Made by a program: the position numbers and the translations under genes. The notes under the pieces were generated by a model. That model was not told where the DNA came from, did not search any database, and saw only the letters and a list, made by a program, of their open reading frames with translations. A DNA stretch of 64,000 bases from Malacoraja senta. Lineage: Eukaryota. The stretch is from contig CM075991.1 in assembly GCA_038087875.1 (NCBI GenBank), forward strand, positions 5,022,001 to 5,086,000, in the 5' to 3' direction. Below are positions 1 through 10,089 of this stretch, piece by piece (the stretch's first letter is position 1; every line of letters begins with the position of its first letter).

Positions 1-824
1 TCTAACCTTTCAGGTACCCTCAATGATCGGCAACTGGTTCCGGGGATACAACGGCATTTATCATAAGCTCTCATCTGATTAATTTCTTCTAGAAAAGGCT
101 AATTGTGCATTTGAATGTTATTCCATTCAAATGTAAGGAATGCTATATTCCTGAATGTTTTCATTACTTTAATCATGTTTTAGTTATTTTTAGTTTAACC
201 CAGTCTAAGTATTTGAACACATGTGCAATGCTCGCCATTTTACCTTCTTCTGGCACTAATCCTGTAGTCGGGGGGATTTAAAAAATCTCTAAATATTTAA
301 AATTCTACAAGAAATACTATAGCTAATAGCTCAGTGATTATCTCTCTTGCTAGATTAAGACAACAAATGTAAAGCTGATAAATTGGTTTGGCCCAATTCT
401 CATATTCTCTTCTCCACCAGTTCTCGTTAGACATAACTTCACTGATGGTTAAAACATTTAAAATCAAATCTCCTCGACATTCTGAATCAGAAAATTCCAG
501 GGTTTCAATAGCCACTGAGAAGAAGTTGCCAGGTACCTTCTTTTCAATGAACTCCCTTAATCTGATAAACGTGTCTTCTCGTTCATATATCTCCCAATCG
601 TCAAACTTCTTGAAATCTATTATCTCATCTCCCCCCATGGACGGTACATATTTACATAAGATCTCCCTTCATTCATATTAATTCAAAAAAAAAAAGATCT
701 AATGCTTACACTTCCATTTTTCTGAACCCCATCTCACTTGCAATGGAGGACAATGTGCCGTTTACCTTGCTGTGTCTGCCTGCTAAACGCTTGTGGTTCC
801 TGCACATTAACATTTATATCCATC

Positions 825-1297
825 TGCGTTTTGCTCTTCTCCACTCTTTCTGTGATAATCTTCTTACTTTATATTCCGTTTACATTGTGCACGATCTTAC
901 ACTTTCCAACATTAATCTTCTTTTGTTGATTTTGCCCACCGTTTATATCGTTTGCAGAGTTTGAATATGATCATGACAACATGATCATGGCCTTCCCTAT
1001 TTTGCACCATTGCGAAAGTTACATGCTTTACACTCTGCTCTATCCTCCACTTCATTACTGTGAGTCATGAATAACAGCGGGCAAATAAATGTTCCTTTGG
1101 GCACTCAAGTAGCTGCATCCTTCCAAACTTATCAAGGAAACGTTTTTTGTTAACTCAATAACCAATCTTCATCCATGCTCACACTCTTCCATTTTTTATG
1201 ACATCTTGCGAAATGTCATCTTAAACTAAAAATACTGCATATATGCGTTATCCTCCCATTTTGCTTGCATCCTCAATGCACATCGGCAAATCTGTCA
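825..1297. repeat. Copy A of a ~470-bp direct duplication (decayed CR1-like RT sequence, minus sense)
   Basis: Collinear with 4883-5357, sharing strings such as cacgatctta-actttccaacattaatcttcttttgtt and tcctccacttcattactgtgagtcatgaataac. Confidence 0.85.
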
Positions 1298-1763
1298 CTG
1301 AGTTAAGGTGCAAAAGTGACTTGCAATGTCTCAATGCCACGATTGGTTGTACAACATACATCTACGGTTTAGATTGGTGAAGATGAAACCCATCTCATAG
1401 CACTACAACTAATTTTCCAAGGTTTTCTGTCGATTACTAAACATTTGCAAAAAACACAACCAGGAAAGCAGAAGGAGGACGTACAAAGAATCTGGCCGGC
1501 AAGGTAAAAATAAATCCCAAGCAATTCTACAGGTGTATTAACAGTAAAAGTGTGGCGAGGGAAGGAATTGGTCCCCTTAAGGATTAGCACGGCCGCTTTT
1601 GCGGAGAGCTGGATAGTTTGTTTAGAGACTGTTCATAATTCCTGTCTCCAAGGCTTTCAATTATGCTTTATATAGAGGGTTCTCTACAATGTACTACCGC
1701 CATTGTGCCTGCGAGAGCATCAACTCCGACTCAATCTGTGATCAACACGTCTTCATAAAGTGA

Positions 1764-3599
1764 ATGAACACATATCATAATAGAAGAACTGTGTTTTAGT
1801 TTGCAATAGAACGAAGTCATCCACTGCCAGTCGAGATTCGGATATTATTAGCTCTTTGGGATATGCAGAAGTTTTACTATCCCCTTCTTGCTGTCATTGG
1901 TATTCCCAGCAAGTTTTTTTTTAATCAAGTTGGTGGTTTTATAAATCCATTCTTAGAATTTACTCTGTCAAATGTTCTACCTGTCAGTCTATTTACAGCA
2001 ATTGGCCTTTCTGACAAGTTCAGTAAATTCCATTATAACGAATGTTAATATCAGTCATTGATTCTGATCCTCATACACGCGGCTTTGATAACTGAAAGGC
2101 AAATAGAAACTCACCGACAGGACTATCGTGGTAAACAGAAAATAAATTGGTGATTGGACTCAAGGAGTTGCATTGCAGTCTATCATCGGTGGATTCAATT
2201 TGGACCAAGAATTCAGCCTCAGAACTCATGTTCTTCGACACGCGAGGGACATGTGGCGATTCCTTCCGATTATGGCGAACTAACTTAGACCATGTTAAAT
2301 CTCTGCTGCTTATGCATGTAGCAATGTATTCATGTTTAAATTATAACGTTTAGTTTCCGATCGAAAGCGGAACGTTCTCCCCGTGACCTGCGTGGGTTTT
2401 ATCCGAGATCTTCGGTTTCTTCCCACATTCCAAAGACGTACAGGTTTGTAGGTTAATTGGCTTGGTAAATGTAAAAAATACCCTAGTGGGTGTAGGTTGT
2501 GTTAATGTGCGGGGTTCGCTGGTCGGCGCGGACCCAATGGGCCGAAGGGCATGTTTCCGCGCTGTATCTATAAACTAAATTAAACTAAACTAAACTAAAC
2601 TAAACTAAATTGAATCCTTCCTTGGACAGACTGCCACAACTGCTAATCTCGCAACATCACCCTGTTGCTTCCCATGTCTCATTCCTGAAAGCCCTGTCCT
2701 CTCTTTCTTACAGTTAACCTGCTGACGATTGCCATCTTGTCTCGAAGAAAATGTGGTCTCTCCAAATGTGTTACCTGCTACCTGGTGGCCATGGCATCCG
2801 CAGATCTACTGGTCATTATCATCGATCTAATATTAAGGCATATTCCAATCGTTTTTCAGTTTGAATTTGTATTGTACATCCCGCTGTGTAATATCCACGC
2901 TGCCCTGCTTTACGCAGTCACGGATTGTTCTGTCTGGTTCACTATAGTGTTTACCATTGATCGATTTGTGGCTATCTGTAGTCAGAAATTAAAATCTAAA
3001 TATTGCACCGAAAAAGCATCAAAGGCGATTTTAGCAACAGTTTTTCCCTTCTAAAAAACGCCAGCTGGTATTTTGTGTACACAGGAATCTATTGGCTTCT
3101 AAATGACCCTTGGTTTTGTGTATTAAGAAATAATGTTCAGAATTCACGTGCTTGGGGAGCGATTGAATTTCTTCATTTCATACTGACACCGGGATTTCCA
3201 TTTATACTGATTTTGCTGCTAAACGCATTGACGGTCAGACACATTTTAGTGGCCAACAGAGCGCGCAGAAGATTGCGGAACCAAAACACTGCGGAGCGCC
3301 CAAAAGACACGGAGATGGAGAACCGAAGGAAGTCCATTGTTCTACTCTTTGTTATTTCTGGAAATTTTATAATATTATGGGTGATATTTATGGTATTCGG
3401 TATATGGCGACGAATGCGTTATTTGGGCTATATGTCTGTATCCATACCTTACTTTGTGCGAGAAATGGGCTTCATGCTGCAACTCTTGAGTTGCTGCACA
3501 AACACTTGTATTTATGCAGTGACCCAAACTAAATTCAGGATACAGTTTGCTCAGATTGTCAAGTACCCATTTACAGTCATTCTTAAATTTGTTAAATGA
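1764..3599 (+). pseudogene. Two-exon class A GPCR pseudogene, GPR139/GPR142-like family (exon 1 1764-1908, exon 2 2714-3599)
   Basis: Exon 1 reads MNTYHNRRTVF*FAIERSHPLPVEIRILLALWDMQKFYYPLLAVIGIP with an in-frame TAG at 1797-1799. Donor is GCAAGT at 1909; acceptor ctctttcttacag ends at 2713. The phase-1 join gives ...IGIP-I-NLLTIAILSRRKCGLSKCVTCYLVAMASADLL, then FTIDRFVAIC (TM3) and LSCCTNTCIYAVTQTKFR (TM7). A frameshift at ~3040-3050 splits exon 2 into ORFs 2737-3054 and 3003-3599. Confidence 0.85.
2371..2610 (+). mobile_element. HE1-like (elasmobranch V-SINE) SINE, 5'-truncated, in the GPCR intron
   Basis: V-domain-like acgttctccccgtgacctgcgtgggttt...cccacattccaaagacgtacagg, CR1-derived end gggccgaagggc..gtttcc and (taaac)n tail. 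Confidence 0.75.
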
Positions 3600-3664
3600 T
3601 GAACTGAATTGAAATAACACCGGTTGTCGAAAGGCACCTTTTTGCCCAATCACTAGGAGTTAGC

Positions 3665-4085
3665 ATGTAGGAAGGAACTGCAGATGCTGGTTTACACTGA
3701 AGATAGACACAAACATCTAGAGTAACTCAGCTGGAAAGGCAGTATCTCTGGAGAGAATGGGTGACGTTACGGATCGAGAACCTTCTTTAGACTGAGAGTC
3801 CGGGGAAAGGGGGACACAGCGGTATGGAAGTGCAAGGTGTGAAAACGAGACATCAAAGTGGTCGTAATCAAATGTAATCAATAAGACAGTCAGAATGGTC
3901 GGAGAACTAGGATGGAGGACGGATGGTGAGAGAGGGAAAGCAAGGGTTGCTTGAAGTTAGAGAAGTCGATCTTCATGTCGCTGTGTTGCAAACTGCCCAA
4001 GCGGAATATGAGGTGCTGTTCCTTCAATTTGCGTTGGGTTACTCTCTGGCAGTGGAGGAGGTCCGGGATAGAAAGGTCTGGAGAC
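3665..4085 (-). mobile_element. Penelope-like element 3' fragment (GIY-YIG C-terminus plus terminal repeat)
   Basis: Minus ORF 3890-4111 contains QRKLKEQHLIFRLGSLQ...MKIDFSNFK, typical of the end of the Penelope ORF. It is followed by the terminal repeat seen throughout the window. Confidence 0.75.
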
Positions 4086-4882
4086 GAATGACCTGCAGAT
4101 CGGTAAATCAATTACAACTGTAAATTGTAGATGAGTGGTAGAATCTAGGGGGGGGGGGATGAGTATTGGGAGAATAACGACCAGTTTATATGAATGTTCG
4201 GTGAGTGAGTGCAGATATAATGGTGGAAGTTCAACAGCGAATGCAGATCAGATCAATGTACTAACACTTCTTTAAGCATCAGATAGTTTTTAAAAGCAGA
4301 AAATTGACGGGTTCAACGTTGAATATAGACAAACCTACAGTTGAAGTGCTTAGATGTTGGTAAATGTATTTTTCAACCTGATGCAACCTACGCTTTGTTG
4401 GATCTCACTAGAGTATTGTCGCCTTTCTGAATATCTTTTTGGAAGTAATTGTGAAATTTCATGCTGCGATTCCCCCCTGAAACATTAGTTATTTGTTTAC
4501 ATCAAATTTTCAGCCATCAAAATATTAAAGGTAACCAATTTTGCTAATGAAACATATTGTCTCGCAGATTCTTGAGATCGAGCCTAAATTGCATATTCTG
4601 TTGGTAACATTCCCTTTCTAAGCCAGAGGGTGGGGGATCTGTAGAACTCATTGGCACAGACGAGGGTGGAAGCAAAGTCATTGGGTAATATTCAAGTAGT
4701 GATCGATACATTATTGATTATTGGTTACGGGTTACGGGGAGGGTGGGGTTGAGGGGAAAAAATAGAACAGTCATGATCGAGTGGTGGAGAAGACCCAATG
4801 GGTCGAATGTCCTAATTTTGCTCTAATGTCTTATTAATTAATGTCCCGCAACTAATTAAGTACGGAGCAGATGCGGGTAATT

Positions 4883-5357
4883 TGCGCTTTGTTCTTCTCC
4901 ACTCTTGCTGTGAGAATTGTCTTGCATTATATTCCACTTACGATGTGCACGATCTTAAACTTTCCAACATTAATCTTCTTTTGTTCATTTTGCCCGCCGT
5001 TTATATAGTTTGCAGAGTTTGAATATGATTATGATAACATGATCATGGCCTCCCCCTATTTCTGTACCATGGCGAAAGTTAGATGCTTTACACTCTGCCT
5101 CATCCTCCACTTCATTACTGTGAGTCATGAATAACTGAGAGAACATAAATGTTCCTTTGGGCTCTCAAGATGCTACATCCTTCCAAACTGATCAAGGACA
5201 AGTTTATTCGAACACAATAATCAATCTTCATCCATGCTTTCACTCTTCCTTTTTTGACGACATCTTATGAAATGCCTTCTCAATCTCAATATACACTGCA
5301 TGTATGCATTATCTTCCATTTTGCTTGCATCCTCAATGGACGATGTCAAATTTGTCA
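4883..5357. repeat. Copy B of the ~470-bp direct duplication
   Basis: Matches 825-1297 at an offset of ~4.06 kb. Confidence 0.85.
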
Positions 5358-6092
5358 GACTTCATTCATATTTCACAACTTGCTTTGATTACTTTGACTT
5401 TCTTTAAGCGACTTGTTCGTTCTTGCTTCTTTGTAGATCCCCAACATCTTGATCAAAAACAGAGTTTAAACGTACAATCGTATAGATACCCATTTGAAAT
5501 TTTCGTGGCCGATCTCTCCCTCGCTGCAATCAAACGTGTATATTTCCTCTCCACATTTACTCTTCAGAAGGACGTGTAAACTAATGAGTTGGGGGATGGG
5601 AGCACTAAAGGCGGATAAATCGCCGTTCCTGACCAGGATCCTAGGATGTTATGAGGAGCAAGGGATGAGATTGCTGTGGTCATGGCAGATATTTTGTACA
5701 TCTTTGTTATTCATGGGTATGGTACTGTTAGACTGGGGATAGTTACTGCTACACTTCTGTTTAAGGCGGGCAGGAGAGATAAGCCAGTGGACTGCAGTCC
5801 GGTGAGTATGAGATCAGTGGTAAGAAAGCTATTGGAAGGAGTTCTGAGAGATAGGAATTATTTGCATTTAAAAATGAAATGATTGATTAGCGACAGTCAG
5901 CATTACTCTGAACGTGGTGAGTCGTGTCTCACAAATTTGATTGAGTTTTTGAAGAGATTACCTAGTGGATTGAAGACCACGCGGCAGTAGACATTGTTTG
6001 CAGGGAGTTTACCAATGCCTTGACAAAGACCTGCATGATGTGGGAGATCCCAATTGAGCTATCCAGAGACACAACATTAGCTTAGTGGTAGC

Positions 6093-6232
6093 TTCTTCTT
6101 CTCGCATATGCCGGGCACGGCCTAAAGTTGTAGGACAACTTGTTCTATTTGATCTTATTTGATTGTGCATGCCGGGTTGATTGCATTCGTCAAAACAGGG
6201 CGGACCACGTGAAGGTTGCAATCTTCCACCCC
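6093..6232 (-). mobile_element. Short non-autonomous retroposon with 5' HDV-like ribozyme and (GAA)n tail, copy 1
   Basis: Flanked by 11-bp TSD ttagtggtagc (6082-6092 / 6233-6243). Homologous to 24164-24291 and 58413-58544. Confidence 0.9.
6179..6232 (-). ncRNA. Predicted minimal HDV-like self-cleaving ribozyme (core intact)
   Basis: GGGGUGG(P1) AA GAUUGCA(P2) ACC(P3) UUCACGU(L3) GGU(P3') CCGCCCU(P1') G UUUUGA CGAA(J4/2) UGCAAUC(P2'). All helices pair, with a G1-U wobble and the catalytic C at 6189. Confidence 0.8.
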
Positions 6233-6243
6233 TTAGTGGTAGC

Positions 6244-8853
6244 CAGAGCCGGATTTACGTATAGGCTTCATAGGCTGAAGCCCAGGGCCTCGAGATCTAG
6301 GGGGCCTCGGCCTCACTCCACCAAGGTGTATAATATTTTTGACGTAGTGGCGTTGTTACAAAACCTTCCATCAGTGGTGCTGTGCTTGTGATTCCGGAGG
6401 CTTTGGTGGGGGGGGGGGGGTTAAAATGCAAGTGAGGTTTATATTCGTTGTCGGAGAGGAATTTGCTCCAAAGATACTTGGATCTTTGATTTGCTCGGAC
6501 TGCTACTCAAAGACCTGATGAAGAAAATCCGTTCTACGCGACTAAAAATGCCCTCAACTCCTTCAACATCACGGATCGCAAGTGCAGGACAAAACAAAAG
6601 GTATGTCATTTATTTAACCGTTTTTCCCATTCCCTACCTGGGAGAGGATGCATCTTTCCTCCGAGCCGCATCTTCGCCCCCTCCTCACGGCCTCCCATTC
6701 AGAATGGCGTGGCCTTTCCTGCCGGGACCGGCCAGAGCTTCGAGCTGCAGCTTCAGCACTGAGGTACCATCGCGATAAACTCTCTTCAAAAGATAGGTTT
6801 TGGAAAATATCCTTTATTCCTATACTAGATGCACTTGAAACCAATTTAAGAAGAAGAGCTACTGTGTACAGTGATGTTGCACAAATGTTTTCCTTTCTTG
6901 CTAATCTGACCGCATCTAAGCAAGAAATTCAGCAAGGTGTTAGATTCGATTTTAGATTAGATTTTAGATTAGTTTTTATTCCTTGTCATTTGAACCTCAA
7001 AGAGGCTCAAACGAAACTCCGTTTCCACAGCCATACAAACAAAACAATTCCTACACGACACACAAACAATTCAATTTACAGAAAACATCTATCACAGTGA
7101 ATCTCCTCCTCACTGTGATGGAAGGCAAAGTCTTTTCTCTCCCCTGCACCATTTTTCTCCCGATGTTGAAGCCCCAGGCGGGCAATGTTAAGTCCCACGG
7201 CCGTTGAGGCCACGCCGGGCGGTGTACGGTCTCACTCCGGGCCCAAAAGTCACAAAGTTGGAGCCCCCGGCGGGCGCTGGAATGTCCCACAGCCATTAAA
7301 GCCGCGCCGGGCGATTTACGGCCCCGCTCCGGTCGTTCCAACCCCGCGACACGGGCGGGAGAAGTTGCGTTGCGGGAGCTCCGGAAAGCGGTCTCTCACC
7401 CGGACCCGCGAGCTCCCGATATCATAGTCCACGGGTCTGCAGCTGGAGCTGGAGCTCCGGAGTCGGGCCACAGCAACGAGCCACCACCGCTCAACCACGC
7501 TCCGAGGACCGCCATCCCCACGATGGTAAGTCCGCAGCTCCACAGGCTCCGCGACTGGAGCCCCCAGGTCGTCCCGGTCGGAGGCCGCTTCACGGAGCTA
7601 GGCCCCAACGACAACGGAGACCCGACAGGGAAAAGTCGGGACTCCTGTACAGGGAAGAGATTTTTAAAGTTTCCCCCGCCCCCCACATATACTGTACACA
7701 ATTAAAAACAGTACAAAAAAACACAAACAACTACATTTAACTAGACAAAAATTAAAAAAAAGACAGACAGGCTGTAGGGGCCGCTGCAGTAATCCGCGCC
7801 ACCGCCGCACTGTTGATGGAAGCATACCCAGAAGTTGTTGACCTGAAACGTACTGATGAACTTTTGCACTTTCACTTGTACATGAGACAAAGCCATGGGC
7901 CTACAGAAGAGCAATCTCTGTCTCATACAGACCTTTATCAAACTATATACAAGGAATCAATTCAGATGGCCTTCCCTAAAGTGGAAGCAATCTTGCGACT
8001 GTTTCTTAGCTTAATGGTCACTAACTGCTCGGGAGAGAGGTATTTTTCAAGATCAAAGGAATTAAAAATGAATTAAGGCCCACAATGTCTCAAGGGAGGT
8101 TGTCTGCACTAAGCATTCTGTGCATTGAGAGTGACAAACTTAGACAAACAAATTTTGATGAACCTCTGGATAATTTTGCTATGAAGAAGGCTAGAAAAAA
8201 GTCCGAGTGTATTTGTAGTTTCTTTATTTCTTAATATTCAAGATTCAATTCAAGAGATATTTATTGTCAATAGCACCAATTGGTACAGTGAAATTTGGGG
8301 CCACCATCCGACGTCGAAACGGGAGAACATTCTCAGCGGCTTGAACTTCCGAATCGGCCTACCGGAGACCGCGGCTCCCGAAGTCCACAGGCTGAGCTGG
8401 GCAGAGGTTCACGTTGGCGGCCCTCGGCAAGGGAACCCAGGACTCCGCGCTGTTGAAATCAGCGCAGCCCGCGAGCGGCTAGCAGCTTCGCAAACCACAA
8501 CTCCATGATGTTGAAGCAGCAGGCCCAACACTCCGGAGCTTCAAACGGCGATCCAGGTAAGGCATCGCCCACTCCGCGGTGAATCCATTATGTATTTTAA
8601 AACCAACTGTTTAATGACAACATACAGTAGGATCTAAAAGTGTCACACTGTCACTGTCAGGTAGTCATGGTCATCTTATTAACACTTCCCAGGCAATAAC
8701 ATTGTGGAATTTTAACCACCCGTCATCATCCTTGGCTTTAATCAAATTATATAAAACACTCTTCCATCGTCCTCTAGTCGTGGGGGTGGGGGATTGGGAG
8801 GGGCCTCACAAGTGGAATAGCCTAGGGCCTCTCTTCATCTAAATTCGGCCCTG
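6244..8853 (+). mobile_element. hAT DNA transposon, internally deleted and interrupted (ZMYM1-like transposase remnant)
   Basis: TIRs cagagccggattta (6244) and taaattcggccctg (ends 8853); 8-bp TSD gtggtagc/gtcgtagc. Transposase C-terminal pieces FIPILDALETNLRRRATVY (~6800-6940) and AFPKVEAILRLFLSLMVTNCSGERYFS...RLSALSIL (hAT dimerisation domain, ~7810-8200). Confidence 0.9.
6941..7810 (-). mobile_element. GC-rich non-autonomous retroposon inserted in the hAT transposase; related piece at ~8240-8585
   Basis: Simple-repeat tail (tagatt)n plus tttatt at the left end and a GC-rich body. The transposase frame (...KQEIQQGV / LMEAYPEVV...) resumes after it. Confidence 0.55.
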
Positions 8854-9365
8854 GTCGTAGCTGATGTTCCATTTTCAAACTGAGGCTATGATCAATGGCG
8901 TGCACAGGAATCAGCGATAGATTCTTCGTTATTTGTAAGATATATTAATGATTTGGATGAGAATGTAAGTGGCACGAACAGTCAGTTTGCAGCTGATACT
9001 AAAATTGATGGTATAGGGGCAGTAAAGTTACAATAGAGTATTGATGAACTGGGAAGGTGATGGTATTGTAGATGGAATTTTACTCAGACGCAGTGCTATT
9101 GGGTAAGAAGGAGTTTTAGGTTTTAAACATGCAAAAATGGGGAAATTGTGTTGAAACTGTTGAGAGCCCAGATAATTATGGAAAGAGGAAGCCATAATTC
9201 TGTAAAATAGAATTATTGGAGAAGTAATGTATGTAAATTGCAATAACCAGAACGCATCCATAAAGAAGGTACAAAAAAAGGCATAGTACCTGCCCTGCCA
9301 TGCATTTGCCCATTCATAGAACATAGAACATAGAACAGTAGAGCACAAGAACAAGCCACAAGAAC

Positions 9366-9722
9366 TAGGACGACAGATGGCTAAGTGTTCGGCTGGCAAC
9401 CGGAAGGTAGCTGGTTCGAATCCCGCTTGGAGTGCATACTGTCGTTGTGTCCTTGGGCAAGACACTTCACCCACCTTTGCCTGCGTGTGAATGTGTGTGA
9501 ATGTATGTGAATGTGTGTGAGTGATTGGTGGTGGTCGGAGGGGCCGTAGGCGCAGATTAGCAGCCACGCTTCCGTCAGTCTGCCCCAGGGCAGCTGTGGC
9601 TACAGAAGTAGCTCACCACCACCGAGTGTGACTGAGGAGTGAATTAATAATGCGATGTAAAGCGCCTTGAGTATTAGAAAGGCACTATATAAATCCCATT
9701 CATTATTATCATTATTATTATT
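9366..9722 (+). mobile_element. tRNA-derived CORE-type SINE resembling teleost AFC SINEs
   Basis: B-box ggttcgaatccc (~9413), CORE-like gtgtccttgggcaagacacttcaccc, body gtcagtctgccccagggcagctgtggctac, L2-type end tgtaaagcgccttgag...tatataaat and (att)n tail. Confidence 0.75.
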
Positions 9723-9813
9723 AAGCCCGGTCAGTCCACAACATGTGTGCCGAAAATGATGACGTATTGAACTAATATATCCCCCTGTTTCTTGTATATC
9801 CATTTACTTATCT

Positions 9814-10089
9814 TTTTTTTTAATAAGTTTATTTTATTAGAAGTTGTACAAGAATAAAGCAATACAATTTTCGTACAGCTTCATTTTTAACATTTTATAA
9901 ATTGATACATAAATCGAAAATAATACATTGATACGTAAATCTAGAAAAAGAGAAAAAAGGAAAGAATGAAGAAAAAGAGATGCAAAAATGAGAGGAGAAA
10001 AGACCCCTGAACTACCAAAGAAGAGCGAAAAGACAAAAGAGAAAGAAGAAAAAATAACGGAGATATGTCCCACTGTCCTTCCCCCCCCT
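9814..10089 (-). mobile_element. LINE 3' end (poly-A tailed) with 13-bp TSD
   Basis: TSD catttacttatct at 9801-9813 and 10090-10102; poly-T at the left end. Confidence 0.65.

Larger units (their letters stand above)
5585..9110 (+). mobile_element. Old CR1 LINE RT fragment (5585-6092 and 8862-9110) split by nested insertions
   Basis: Degenerate RT reading (KAGRRDKPVDCSPVS...KLLEGVLRDR; ...YINDLDENV...FAADTKI) resumes after the hAT element. Confidence 0.7.

Noticed and set aside
7051..7705. Cluster of Pro/Gly/Arg-rich ORFs on both strands
   Set aside because: Expected from the high GC content of an inserted repeat.
6648..8200. Host ZMYM1-like gene
   Set aside because: Lies within TIRs and a TSD, is fragmented and frameshifted: a transposase remnant.
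9366..9435. tRNA-like sequence with B-box
   Set aside because: It is the head of a SINE; no complete cloverleaf.
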